From Diadema antillarum (Eukaryota): 64,000 nt of DNA. The DNA is taken from contig NW_027270938.1 in the NCBI RefSeq assembly GCF_040938485.1, positions 1,674,001-1,738,000 of the forward strand, written 5' to 3'. Shown here piece after piece: positions 12,965 through 26,108 of the stretch; the stretch's first letter is position 1; each line of letters opens with the position of its first letter. The notes below the pieces were generated by a model. That model did no database searches, was not told where the DNA came from, and saw nothing but the letters and a program-made list of their open reading frames with translations. Made by a program: the position numbers and the translations under genes.

Positions 12965-14170
12965 TTTTTATTTGAGAGGAAAATCAGTAAATCACACATT
13001 GAAAGTGTGAGTGTCCGGGCATTGAAAGTGTGAGTGTGAGTGTGAGTGTCCGGGCACTAGCATTGGTATTCTATATTTTTTCCCAACCGGTGTATCTCAA
13101 AATAATTACATGTATATTGTTATAGAATAGTATATAATTTACTCATTATTTGTCTAGCGATCCACGTCCGACAAGCTATGCTTTTTAGTGGATCACTATT
13201 TTCCATAATCGAATTTATTTTCCGCTCGCCCACGAAGTATTTATACAGTGTTTTCCTAAATATTGTACATGTTATATGTTGTTCTATAATATGTCTCGTA
13301 TATATATTACATGAATCTTATGCAAACGTTTGAACAATATTTCATCACATGTATACTTTGTACTATGTTTTTTGATTTTCGATGATTGGAAATAAACTAT
13401 GATTGAATTGATTGAATTGAATTGATAAGGTTGCCTCTGCCAGGTGGGAGCAAGGAGAAATCCACCTTGGATTTGGTCATCAGTTGCTCGCCCTCTCCCA
13501 CCATCTGTTTCAGCATGATGCTGCGAACGCCATTATGATAGACTTCTCCCGGACCTCGCTATACATTTTAGGCATGTGAATGCTTCCATGTCATCTGTCA
13601 CCTCTGGCTCCACAGACCACCCATCACCAAGATTTGTGAGGAAAAAACACTCAACTTGGCATATTGTATAGTCATATTCTAATATTTTAGTAGTGTTTAT
13701 TATGATATAATACTGAGCAACTTATTAGATTTCAGTAAAATACTTCTGAAATCACGAAATCAAACAACTCTCACCTGAATGCTATGTGGTATATGGGGTG
13801 GCTTTTGTTGATTCTTTAGGGGTCCAACTTTTCCCAACCCATTAAGGCACTTTAATTGTTACATCTTCCCCGGTAGTCCAGGTATTTTGGTATACAGTAT
13901 ATGAGCTCCCGTTGATTCTATATAAATGCAAGTTAATTGACATTGACAACCTGGCAATACGTGACAGTCCGTTTATCAAGAAAGATACTACATTGTAGAA
14001 TGGATTAAGCAAGGACCAAGGGGATCAAGGAACTGTGTGTCTGGATCCCTCACCAAAGCTACCTTGTACCTAAGTTTAGCAGCGCACTTGAGGTAAAGCA
14101 CGACCCTGGTGTCCGTCTTCTTATACTGGTTAGACAGTCACTCATGGATATCGCGCCATTGTCTCTTGGA
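12965..14170 (-). pseudogene. Second, inverted decayed copy of the same transposase 3' region, left arm
   Basis: The reverse complement reads SNQYKKTDTRVVLYLKCAAKLRYKVALVRDPDT, ggggaagatgtaaca...ggacccctaaagaatc and NLGDGWSVEPEVTDDMEAFTCL...KQMVGEGEQLMTKSKVDFSLLPPGRGNL. It is colinear with 14270-15050. Confidence 0.75.
13045..13423 (+). mobile_element. 5'-truncated LINE 3' end nested in the left arm of the Academ-like element
   Basis: Interrupts the inverted transposase copy. Has AATAAA at 13391 followed by a (TTGAA)n-like tail. Confidence 0.5.
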
Positions 14171-14269
14171 ACATATCATTGTGTAAACAAAAGGAATGTA
14201 ACAGAAATCACATTCTCTGAAGCTTAAGTGATTCCTGTTACATTCTTTTTGTTCACCTAATTACTCATC

Positions 14270-15302
14270 CCAGGAGACAATAAGCTCTATCCATGAGCTG
14301 CCGTCTAACCAGGAGAAGGACACCAGGGTAGCGCTCTACCTCGAGTATTCCACTATTAAGCTTGGGTACAAAGCAGCTGTGGTAAGGACACCAGACACAG
14401 ACATTTTCTTGATCTTCTTACGCCATGCTCACTCCGTCACCCTCACTATCCTCCTTTATAAATGGACTGTCGAGCATTGCCAGATTGTGAATGTTGTTGA
14501 ACTGGCATACTGAATCAAAGGGAGCGGGCTACTGTACCACAATACTTGGACGACATGTGCTTACAGGGGAAGATGTAACAAGTGCCTTCAAGAGTAGGGG
14601 CAAAGTCGGACCCCTAAAGAATCTACAAAGCCACCCCATGTACCATACAGCATTCAGGAGAGAGTAGTATGACATTATAATCTCTGCAATATTTTACTGA
14701 AATGTGGTAAATTGTTCAATATTACATTATAATGAACACTGCAGAAATCTTACAACATGACTTTGAAATGTGCCAATGTTTTTTCGTCCTCCACTTAAAC
14801 CTTGGAGATGGGTGGTCTGTAGAGCCAATAAGAGGTGACAGAAGACATTGGAGCATTCACATGCCTAATGTATGACCATAAGAGGTGGAGAAGTCTATTT
14901 ACAGCAGCATCATCCAAAGCTGTGTGCAGCTGCAGCAGATGATGGGAGAGGGCGAACAAATGACGACAAACTCCAATGTGGATTTTTTCATGCTCATATA
15001 CACCTTGCAGAGACAACCTTATCCCACACATTAAATGTGTGACCCATCGCCTTGCCATCTTAAAGAGAGCTGACCAACCATTCTTCTGGTGCTCTGTATA
15101 TGACTCCTTTGATTCTGGACAAGGATGGCAGAAAGTAGCCTTTGTTATGATGGAGCCAGTGTGGTCAAGTGGCCCTATCTTTCCGACTTCCCTCATTGAC
15201 TTGCTTCAGAAAATTACTGAGGAAATGAAGGAGGATGAAGAAGAGGACCCAGACATTGATTACAATGATCGTTTTGATGATGACTACTGGTATAGAAATT
15301 AA
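14270..15302 (+). pseudogene. Decayed 3' part of Academ-type transposase (XPG/FEN1-like motifs), right arm
   Basis: Fragments HELPSNQEKDTRVALYLEY...VVRTPDTDIFLIL, GEDVTSAFKSRGKVGPLKNLQ, NLGDGWSVEP and PCRDNLIPHIKCVTHRLAILKRAD...GQGWQK...EPVWSSGPIFPTSLIDLL with an acidic tail. Broken by frameshifts and stops. Confidence 0.75.
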
Positions 15303-18300
15303 AGAAGTGTGAAATGAAAACCTGATATATCGCATAACCGCTTCTGTGGTTTGTACAGTTACACAGGGTGAGCATTCAGAATACTTTTTAAGAAAAGTGA
15401 AGTCATATTGTGTTACTTTATATTTTTTCAATATACGTTAATTCCATACTTCATGAAAAGCATATACACATGTCACAAACGTTGAAATATATAGATGATG
15501 ACTGGCGGCGGAGGGAACATACCCAATGTTCCACCCGAAGGGTTTGAAATGCTATTGAGGGAGGTTATGAGTGCGCTGCGGTCCATCACGTGGAAATGTT
15601 TTCCCATGGGAGAACATTACAAGAATGTTCGCCCGTGGGCCAACATAACGAATGTATACTTCCATCACGTGACTGTGTTCAGCCAATCACTAATCGGTAT
15701 GTGACTAACCCTTTCAAAATATCATTATGTCTTTTGATAATAGCTTGAATATTGCGTCTTATATCAGACAACTTTTAACAGAATTCGAAAGGAAACTTAA
15801 TTCCAATCAATGTGAACTTGAATTGAATGCATACAGGATGTAAGCACAAAAGCGATTCACATGCAAATATTTCTAAATTAAAGTAGCAGCAATCCACATT
15901 GATATACAGTCCCTATTCACAGGCTAGATTTCCGGCTGTCAAATGAAATGTTTCTCTTTTTGTTTTCGGACAATAAACTTTAAACAAATACATTTGAATG
16001 AACTGCTTTTTTAACTTGAGAATAAATGAAACCATTTTGGCATCTAAATTTTTGAAATCGGCTCGACATTTTGACACAGTGATTGTTTCCTTGAATATAT
16101 CCCAACTCAAACTCGTTTTAAATATAAAATGAAACGAAATTGAACGCGCACAAAGAGTATCAAATTTAAGTTCCAGTTTTATCTTTGTCCATTAGTCACT
16201 TTTAAGTGTTGTGATCAACATTATTATCATGTGTCACCTCTTTTTAAGGGTATTTGCATATGAATTACCACAGTGCTTACATTCTTATTCTATTTCACCA
16301 AGTGAGGGGTGACAATGCTTGAAATTAATTTTCTCTTCAGATTCTATTTAATGTTTTTGATACAAAACAAAAAAGGCCTATTTGGGCAATGATCTAAAGA
16401 CAGAGTTGTTAGTCACTTTTGTGAGGTATGCAATTTGTCATGTATGTAGCATGAAATATTTTGGCCATTTCCAGAGTAACAGCACTTAATTTTTCAGTTT
16501 TGGGACATTTCTTGTGTCAAATTTGCTTTCATTATGTAAATGACAATCTCAATTGATTCCTCATGCTGTGTTTCGTCTGAAGAAATGTTTTATTTGTCCC
16601 TGTATGTTGTGTATAGTTCAAAAGTTGAACTATTTGGGTACTTTTCAGTGTAACCGATACAGAATTTATCATATTTGGGACTTTTCTTGTATCAAGCATT
16701 TTTTAATCATGTAAATAACCATCTCAGTCGATTTCTCATGTCACATATACCCTGAAAAAATGTTTTATTTTTCCTTGTATGTTGGAAACTTCAAAAGTTA
16801 TAGAAACTAATGATTTTCCTCGCAAATCCAAGATGGCTGCCAATGACCCCCATGTGACACGATTTTCACTTGGAGACAAAAAAAAAATCAAATAGACACC
16901 CTAAGGGATACAAAAATGAGGGTGCACGGGACCCCCCCCCCCCTTTCCTACCAGACTGTTAAGAAAAAGAGGTAAGTTTACTCTTAGGAGGTATGAGATT
17001 GTCATGTATGTATGTATATAGACTACTTGGGAATATTTCTAGAGTAAACGACACTGGTTTTCCTCGCATGTTTGGACTTTTCTTGTATGTAACTTGCTTT
17101 AATCATGTAAATAACTCTCTCAAACGATTCCTCATGCCGTATTAACTCTGAATTACTGTTTTATTTGTCCCTGTATGTTGTGTAATTCAAAAGTTAAACT
17201 ATTTGGATAGTTTTCGGTGAAAATGACACCGAAATTTGCATGTTTTTAGGCTTTTCTTGTTTCAGACTTGCTTTAATCATGTAAATAACCATTGCAATCG
17301 ATTCCTTGTGTCATGTTTACCCTGCAGAAATGCTTTATTTATAATTCTATGCTGTGTAGTTCAAAAGTTATGGAAGATAATGATTTTCCCTGAAAATCCA
17401 AGATGGCTGCCAAGATGGCCGCCAATGACCCCCATGGGACACGATTTTTTCTTGGGAACAAAAAAATTCATTAATTAGACACCCTAAGGTTTACAAAAAA
17501 GTAAGTTAAAAAAATGTGTTCGGGGGGTGCATGGGGACCCCCCATTCCTACCAGACTAATTCCTCCAGGGGCACTGATATCACCTGAACGGTTATTCATG
17601 GTTCCCTCACTGTATGAAATAAGAGTATAGAAATGATCATTATTAATATACCGCACCCAGCTTTACAATCATTTTTAGGGAATTCTTGTGCGTTCGTGCA
17701 TTTTAGAATGAGAATTATGGCTATGTATAGGTACAGAGTACAAGCGAAAATCGGAAGAGGTCCATGTTCTCCTTGGAAGAAAAATTACTTGTAATCAATA
17801 ACATGCTTCCAGGCTGTTTTCTAGTTCAGACCTTTTATGATCAACGATATGCGTATTACACCAGTGTACACGTCGCTAGTGAAGTGAATTTTTTAGAAAG
17901 GAAACGAGCTCCAGATTGCGTCATGTCACGTTGTTAATCAAATTATACAACCTCATATTTAGCTGCAAAAATATCAAAACGGAATATCAACATTTTGACT
18001 TTAAAGCAAAATTGGAGTTGAAGTATGGCTCTTGTAATAAACATCATTTCAAATAAACATCTCGGAAACCAACAGTTACCACGTAACATACTATTTATAT
18101 ATTGATTTAGTTGAGATAACAGAATCGTTAAACATGCAACTCATCTTTATATTGTGGAATGCATTCTTTGATTCTGCGAATTAGAATTAGAACAGAATTG
18201 CTCGTCCGAACAATAATCATTTCAACTCATGAGAACAAATTCATCTTACCGAGTTTAGTAAGCCTTAGATCCCTTAGAAGAGCAAAAGCATGAAGCATGG

Positions 18301-18480
18301 CCGTCAATCGGTGGAATTAAAGGTACCGGTGGCAGGTGCCGCTGAAGTCCAGGAGAGCACTGAAGCACTTTGAGAGCCCGCGATTTACGGGGAAACGTTT
18401 CCAACCTCCGGGTATTTGCAGAAATAATTCTGATGATGTAACTTAAATAATTACACTTATACCTCTTCCATCACAATCTC

Positions 18481-18498
18481 TTTTATAATCCAACCAAT
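18481..18498 (-). promoter_or_regulatory. Candidate core promoter of A2: TATAAAA plus adjacent CCAAT
   Basis: Minus-strand TATAAAA at 18487-18481, ~230 nt upstream of the conserved donor at 18249. The same arrangement is found in A4. Confidence 0.5.
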
Positions 18499-20086
18499 AA
18501 TGAGGCGGGAAAGGGCAGGTTGATCTAACACTCAGAGAAATTATTTTAGTCTTTATCTGACACATTACATTTCCGAAATTATTCTGTGTAAAACGCAGAC
18601 AATGATGAATAATCATAAACTCTAATACAATACAATTGATATGTATGACCTGTTCCACCAATCAGCATCGTGTATTATTCCCGTATCACTGTCGCTGGTA
18701 CTTTTATCCAAAAAAGGAGTCTATAAAGGTGCATTTGAGAACATTGACAATGGTATTCACTGATGCTGTTTTTTCCTACACTATTTGAAAAAAAAAAAAC
18801 TAGATATGATTATATCAACCGCCATTGCCTTCTTTGTACAGTATTCTGTTTTCACTTTCGTTTTCAATCTCCAGTTCAAAGTCTAACAATTCTTATTCAA
18901 CCGTTGTCTCGCTGCTCCTTGATCTAGTGGCAATTATATTCGCATGGACTCGGGTACATTTTATGCCGCTTGGGTTTTAGCTATTGATGGAACTTCATTA
19001 AATGCATAAAAGACATAATAGCCATTCAAGGCAGTAGGGTTTAGTAGGATCTTTAGTATATTTTGTTTTGGGAAAACCTAACTTGATTCTCTTTTTCGTG
19101 TAATAAAAGCACATCGTTGATGCACTGTTATTTGTATGGAACATCTGTCGTTTGGAAACTAGAAATTCATTTCGTTCTTTACTACTGTTTTTCAAAATAC
19201 GAGTCTGATTATCGTAGAACGCGTACCGCAACCAATCATACACATACAGGCAAATCCTCACGTCTATTATCTATTACAAATAATATTTCACGATCTTTTT
19301 TTTTTTGTTCAAGGCAGTTTTCGGTTAACACTTGTTTTGGGAATATCGCAGGCACAAAGGAGGTATAGATAATGGTCAAATGAGTCGGTGTGCGTGTGCA
19401 TAGTCTTAGTGTCTTTGTGTCAGAAGTCCAAATCTTTGCCATGTGATTCTCGAATTATTAGATGAAGCAAAATATTCATGTCAACTGGAAAGCGTATGAT
19501 CCTTTTACTTGTTAATAACAAAGTAAAAAGAAAGTAGATGCTATACATATATAATAGTACAGCAAGAATCAGAAAAAATTACAATTACGCAGACTACCAG
19601 TGAAGAGATTGTTTGATTTTGAATGGGATTATTTTCCATATTCAATTCAATTTTTTAATTCATTTAATTTTAGACTTCTCGTTCATGAATATTACATCAG
19701 AAATAATAGTACAAGTTCTTTTACCTTGTCAACAATGTGCAAAAGAAAACAATATACTTGGTAATAACACAGCAATTATAATGATTATATGATAGACAAG
19801 GAATTTCAGAGTTTCTTCAGTCATGCAACCTTTGTGATTTCTAACGTAAACGGCTCCAGTAGGATATGCAATAGACAGGTGTGGCATATGTGAAGCTGCA
19901 TGCATGATGAGTTAATGATGCACAGGTTAATCACGTTACGCTGCCAGGTAGTATAAATTCTACTGCTGCTATTGCTCAGGTTGAATCAGGCTTAAGTCAG
20001 ATCCAATATTTGTCATTCTAAAACAGCCTCGATTTCAATCTTGAGAAAATTGAAGTTATACCGATGAAATCTCGCAAAATCTTTAA

Positions 20087-20468
20087 AGGGATCGTACAGT
20101 TTTGGTTGAAACCTAATTTCAGGTTTCTAATATTTTTTGGTGAGATGATGAGAAACCTCGTATGAAATATGAAGGAGCATGTAATTTTATGAGGAATTCA
20201 ACGTTTATTTGATGAAAATTGGTTTTGAAATGGCTGAGATATCCAAAAAAGAGCGATTCTAATAAAGTGTGGGACCCACACTTTATTACGATCGCTTTGT
20301 TCTACTTTGTTTTTGGATGTTTCAGTCATTCCAAACCCGATTTTCATCAAATAAACTTTGAATTCCTCTTAAAATGGTATGCTCTGTACAATATCATAAG
20401 TTTTTTCTTGGTATCTCGCAAAAAGTTAAAAACCCAACTCTCATATCCACCAATACTGTACTATCCCT
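20087..20468. mobile_element. Kolobok-type palindromic MITE (382 bp)
   Basis: TTAA at 20083-20086 and 20469-20472. Termini agggatcgtacagt / actgtactatccct. The whole element is an imperfect palindrome centred on taataaagtgtgggacccacactttatta. Empty sites aaaatctgtaacattt at ~28140 and ~35637. Confidence 0.9.
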
Positions 20469-22921
20469 TTAACATTTCTGTCCGCCGATATTTGTGATAT
20501 TCCTGCTCTGTCAAATCGATTAAGTTTGTCTTGGTATGAAAGCATGCGTTCAGAACATATGCAAATCGGCATGCGATCGGTATCCCTTACTGGTTTAGGC
20601 TACACAGGACTAAAATTCTTCAAAACTTTCTGTATAGAACTTAACTAGGAAAGCATGTTTATGAGTTGTTGTTTTTTAGTCACACTTACAGTTATGATTA
20701 TTGTTCGCTAATTGAACTGCCTCACTCTCACCTAAAAGGAATACTGGTATACAGCATTCAGCATCACTATAAACATGCAAAGGTAATTGAGCACATAACT
20801 TCTACCCCTTATAGTCTCCAGTGGTAGCCGAAAAGGGTTTGTATTAAGCATAAGGTTTACATACGAACTATACTTGTCTTCAAATCATGGAAATGCCCCT
20901 GTCTTTCTCAGTGAACTCATTAAGCCATATAATCCCGGTTATAATCTACGTTCAAAGTTAAGAACTTGCTCTGTGATATAATTGGTGAAACATTTGGTGA
21001 TTGGGATTTGTCAAAATGACACCAGCGTCAGCACCATCACCTGACTTCTTCCTTGCACATCACATAAATCAATATAGATTTTAATAAATTCAAATCTGTG
21101 TTCAAAAATATTCGTTTGAAAAAAAGTTGTGATTATGTCAGTGATATATAAAAATTGAAACTTTTGCATGTTGTTTATTTCATATACGCGGATAGCAACT
21201 ATAATGGCTTTGCGAGCAAACTGAATACAAAATATGTGGCACACTTACATTGGGCTCCTTAGCAAAAAAAAAAAACAACAACAACAACAGCTTCCGCAGC
21301 TTTCCCAGGGTTTTGTCAGAGCGCGGGGAAGGGGAGTTCCATTGAAACCTGACCCTACTTGACCCGACTTCTGTGATTAATCACTATTTCTGAAATCAAA
21401 GACATCGAGATTTTCTATACATCAATATGCTGTTCATTTTCTATTTAGTGCATAAATCTCTTCAAAGACTCTCTAAGTTTCATCGTGATAATGCTTTCTG
21501 TGAAGACAACTGTATACCTTTAAGTGGAATCAAACTCACACTCGCTTTCCTGTTGTGAAATTTTCGAACAAACAATGTGTTTCGTGTTTCATTTTATTTT
21601 CCCTTTGAGCCATTGTACACGTACACATACCAGAACCTTAATCGTTACGTTCATGTCATGCATGTCTTCATTCCAATCATCGTATTTCAAAAGTACCACA
21701 ATTCATAAACAGTATAGTATAGAACATAGGCATGTACTGTAACTCTTGAAATAATAAAACTAAGCAACATCAAAATTAATGTTTCTACTCAGTCTCAAGC
21801 CAGAAGAAGACATTTTTTAATCTTACAATCCTGTTCCCTACGGTTCTTACCAAATCAAATTTTAATCAGTTTATATATTGTCTACAAAATTAAACATAAT
21901 AAATATATGACCCCGAAAATCTATTATGAAGAGGTTAGGCATTTACTGTACTATTTTACGAAAAGAAACACTGATTACTTATGCCTCTGCACACGATTTG
22001 CCAATTCCATATGAATAAATGCCCCCCCCCCCCGTTTCTTAATTAGGAGCGAGCTATTAATACATGCCAGTATTAAATGTTCTTAAGAGTAATATTTTCT
22101 GCTGAATAGATATAAATATCAGCTCAGGAAATGCGATTACGATGTATATTTCCTTTCATCCGTTACGATCGGAAATCGGAAATGTTAAATAGACAGACAA
22201 ATTGTTTTATGATTTGTAATAAAAACCAGAGTTGCCGACGGGCTACGCAATTTCAAACCTTTAATCACCCACTTCCTATTCAAGAAATCATGTGTGCTTT
22301 CTTATTCTTTTAAATATTCCAATGTGACCATCTACAGTTTAAAAATAATCAAGTGTACTTCGCTTCTATTGAAACTTACACTTTGCCCCTTTAACAAAAG
22401 GCATGGGAATACATTAGAAAACAAAGGAAGCTGAATTGAAATAGTTCTTCGACGAGCTGTTTCAATCTATATTTCAAAGATCTCGCAAAGAGAGAGAGAG
22501 AGAGAGAGAGTGAGATAGGAAAAAACTTTACCAAGCAAGTCTTGAAGAGTAAAAAAAGACATTTACAATTTACCGTTGACACAAATTGAGTAGGTCACCT
22601 CATGCAAGATTTATAAACTCCTTTGAAAATATTGCCCAAAGTAATATCAGTTGCACGGCAAATTGTAAAAATATGTGTAGACTATCCATCTGGGAATATT
22701 TACTGACTCTCTTGTCACTACAGTAACTGTCATGACTGTTGTAAGATTTCTTAGGTTTACTTGCTGAACTGCGGTTATTTCTTACCTGAATGAGTTTGAA
22801 AAGAAATTTGTTTGTGAGGGTTTATGAATCAGCATGAACATGCTTACAACCGAGTTTGTATGTCCTTTGAAGTGTAACGTTCTTTGTCAAACACGTTGAC
22901 ATGCTGTTTCGAGCTTTTTTT

Positions 22922-23237
22922 TTCATCAGGCGTCCGCAACCAAATTAAGCAACTCCTCAAAACATATCTGTTTAATTCTTGATTGTGAATAAAATATGAT
23001 TGTTATAATTTGAGTTGTTTTGTTCACATACTGCATATTTAGTACATGTTTGGTTTTCCTTATGTTCAGAGATCAATTTCGTTATGTATAAAGCATTTTG
23101 TTTGTTTTTGTTATCGTATTTGATTAATGTATGGTTGTATTATATACTGTTCATGCTGGTTATGTAACAGCGCCATGAGCATCATTTCTGATGGACTTAA
23201 GCGCATTATAAAAGGCCACTATCATCATTATTACTAT
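22922..23237 (+). mobile_element. L2-like LINE 3' terminus
   Basis: Encodes ...IKQLLKTYLF-stop, followed by a 3' UTR ending agcgccatgagcatc...tgga...agcgcattataaa and an (ATT/ATC)n tail. Absent in the A2 flank. Confidence 0.65.
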
Positions 23238-23875
23238 CAAAAATTAAAATCATGTTAGCATTACGATTCCAATGTAAAATCAGCCCACTAGAGTTACCTG
23301 AATCCTTACTTCAAACAAGATAGTGTAAATACTTCAAAACTACGCTTTGCCTTTCTACTATCAAAATGTGCCCAGTCCCGTTGTACTTGGCTAAAAACAA
23401 AAGTACACTTGCAACACAGTAAAGTCTGCCATGCTGTAATAATACAGAAAATTAGCGTTAAGAATGTGATATATGTATGAACTAAAACATGTCAGACTTT
23501 ATTTCTTGCAAAATGTGGAAAGTAATTTTTATAGCCAAATACAACAATTTACTGGACAAGGATTGTGTTGTAATGGTTTCAATGAACATTTTGTCAAATC
23601 GTTCGTTATCTATGTGCATTGTGTTTATATCAATCATTTTTCTAGCTATCAATGAAAAGCTTTGACATTCAAAAAGTAGAATCACAGAGAATAGATGCGA
23701 AATTACAGATGTGTATTATTTGACATCCACGAAATAATCACAATTTACCTCGTAGTACTTCTTTCTGCTGTTGTTGTTTATGGCAAACCGCATAAGACTA
23801 TTTGCTATCTTGCCACAGCAAACATCTTAGCTCCCTGTACACCTTCGATTGTTACAAAGCCGATCTCTCTCGAAA

Positions 23876-25099
23876 TTAATTATCTTTACAAAACATCTTC
23901 CTAATTGTTTGCCTTAATAGCGGCTGGGCTAGAGTGTAGGCGAGAGGATTCAGTGTGCTGTTGCAGTAGGATAGCCATCTTCCCGACTCCCGGATTTGCA
24001 CCGCAGAAGGAAGGCTGGTGGACCATTCCGGCGCTGCGGTGCGGAGTATGATATTAAGGGTATTCAGGAACCATGTCAAGTAGAAAGTGACGACTAAAAA
24101 AGCCAAAGTGCGCAAAGCCTTGCTACCGTCTGAGATCCTCTTCTCGCCCTGACTTTTCGCTGCGGTGATTCCCTCTAATAGAGGATATGGGCGAGTCTTA
24201 CGAGCCCTTACAGAGCCACAAGTGTCTTCATCAGTGAGGGCAACTTCATCTTTTTGTCGTCGTGCAATGATTTCTTGGCCATATATGGAAGAAATGTTCT
24301 GTTTCACTTCATTTGTTTTCACTTCTGTTGAAATCTTGTCCTCAGTCTCCCTGGGACGGGAAATATGATGGCTGCCTTTGAAAACTGTTTTTTCCTCCTT
24401 ACCTGCTTTGATTACGAAGGACACATGATCAACCATTCGGCTACGGCTGGCAGATTTCGCCCGGTAGAAGATTCGAGCAGAGAGCAGTAGAATCACAGGA
24501 AATGGGATACCAGCTCTTAGGACTATGATAACGAGCACCGACGCAACATGTTCAGCATAGTTTGGATTACAAAACCCTGAAGACGCCACACGCGTATTGG
24601 GACTAACAAGGTCCCAAATCGTACACAAACTCATCCAAATAGATAAAGGAATCAACCAGGTCAATACGTTGACAACTATAGCCACCTTCTTGCTCTTCTT
24701 CCGGTAGTGAAGGAGTGGGTATGCGGTTGCTAGGTAACGATCAAAGCAAATGATCACGGTCCCGAAAACTGAGACTCCAGGGAGAACTTGATTGATGCCA
24801 GTGAAAATGTAGCAGAACGTTTGTCCAAGAATCCAGGTGCGATCAAAAGCGAACATAAGCCCACGAATGGGCATGCATATCAAGCCAACCAACAGATCTG
24901 CTATCGTTATGTTCATGATGTAGTAATTGTTGTATGTCCGTAACCTCTTTTCACAGTAGAAAGCTTGTAGGATCACCAAGTTTACTATTACGGTGATCAG
25001 AGAAATGGAAAATAAGACACCTGCTTGCCAAGAAATCTCCAGCGTTGCCTTGAGAACTATTCCTCCAGGGGCACTGATATCACCTGAACGGTTATTCAT
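23876..25099 (-). CDS. Class A GPCR A3, 407 aa (short ICL3)
   Basis: Same 7TM motifs as A1. In-frame 180-nt ICL3 deletion relative to A4. Predicted intron 25110-25449. Confidence 0.95.
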   Translation of the reverse strand: MNNRSGDISAPGGIVLKATLEISWQAGVLFSISLITVIVNLVILQAFYCEKRLRTYNNYYIMNITIADLLVGLICMPIRGLMFAFDRTWILGQTFCYIFTGINQVLPGVSVFGTVIICFDRYLATAYPLLHYRKKSKKVAIVVNVLTWLIPLSIWMSLCTIWDLVSPNTRVASSGFCNPNYAEHVASVLVIIVLRAGIPFPVILLLSARIFYRAKSASRSRMVDHVSFVIKAGKEEKTVFKGSHHISRPRETEDKISTEVKTNEVKQNISSIYGQEIIARRQKDEVALTDEDTCGSVRARKTRPYPLLEGITAAKSQGEKRISDGSKALRTLAFLVVTFYLTWFLNTLNIILRTAAPEWSTSLPSAVQIRESGRWLSYCNSTLNPLAYTLAQPLLRQTIRKMFCKDN

Positions 25100-26108
25100 G
25101 GTTCCCTCACTGTATGAAATGAGATAATAGAAATTAATGATCTTTATTGATATTCCATATCCAGCTTAACGATCATTCCTATGGAATTCTTGTACGTTCA
25201 TGTATTCTACAATGACACTTTTATGGCACTGTAGGTACAGAGTACAAATGCCTGTATATCATATCAAGGAAATATCTCGGACACCAATAACCGTCATTGA
25301 ACGTTGCATATTATTATTTAATCTGATATCACAGAAGAATATGTAATTCATCTTCACATTATGGAATGCATAATTTTGCGAATTAAAATTAAAACAGAAT
25401 CGCTCATCTCAACGATAATTATTTCAACTCGTGGTAAAGTCAATCTTACCGAGTTTTGTGAATCTTTGAAGACCTTAGACGAGCAAAATCATGAAGCATG
25501 GCCGTAAACCTTAGAATTAAAGGTATCAGGGGTCGCTGAAGTCCAGGAACGCACAGAAGCACTTTGACAGCTTGCCATGTATGGGGAAATGCATTTAAAT
25601 CCACCTTCCAGGTAATTGCAGCAACAGTTCTGATGATATAACTCAAATAATTATATTCATACCTCTTCCATAACAATACATAATCCAACCAATAGCGACT
25701 GAGTGAGGAGGGAAAGGGCAGGTTGATTTTAATATTCAGAAAACTGATGTTAATCTTTGTCTGGCCTATTGCATTTCAAAATTCATTCTCTCAAAAGCGA
25801 CACCTCTGATGGATACTCATACTATCATCCATAAAAGGGGTCTCTATAGGTCCTTTTAGGAACATTGTTAATAGTATTCATTGATGCTGTCGTTTCCACA
25901 CACTTTTCGCGAAAAAAATTCTTCTTGTTACTCTGTTTTTTCACCTTCGCTGTCAATCTCCTTTTCAAGGCCTTACAATTCTTTTCAGCCCTCTCTTACT
26001 ACTCCGTGATGTAGTGACACTTACTTATATTCTCATGGACTCCGGCAAATTCTGTGTGACTTCTCGCTATTGATGTTATTTAATGAAACGTAAGAAAGAC
26101 ACAGTATA

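Larger units (their letters stand above)
11848..17558. mobile_element. Academ-like (XPG/PIN-encoding type) DNA transposon derivative with foldback architecture, non-autonomous
   Basis: Termini TAGTCTGGTAGGAATGGGGGG / CCCCCCATTCCTACCAGACTA. 3-bp TSD ATT (11845-11847, 17559-17561) confirmed against the empty site in A3 (gagaactattcctccagg). Outer ~850 bp of the arms are near-identical, and the interior has decayed nuclease-like coding remnants. The superfamily call rests on recalled Academ hallmarks (TAG termini, 3-4 bp TSD, XPG-like domain). Confidence 0.8.
10476..17599 (-). pseudogene. Class A GPCR A2, disrupted (would be 469 aa): codons 1-13 at 17561-17599, remainder at 10476-11846
   Basis: MNNRSGDISAPGG (identical to A3) is separated from IVLKATLEISWQ... 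by a 5711-bp insertion. The ECL2 Cys is changed to Phe (ttt at 11355-11357). The rest of the frame is open. Predicted 5'-UTR intron 17610-18249. Confidence 0.9.

Noticed and set aside
11851-17552. The transposon ends supply a donor (CTG|GTAGGA at 17551) and an acceptor (ccccccattcctacCAG at 11852) on the gene strand, so it might be spliced out and rescue A2
   Set aside because: That splice leaves 14 extra nt (7 + 4 + 3 TSD), shifting the frame to ACT AAA TAG, an immediate stop. Other cryptic sites were not excluded.
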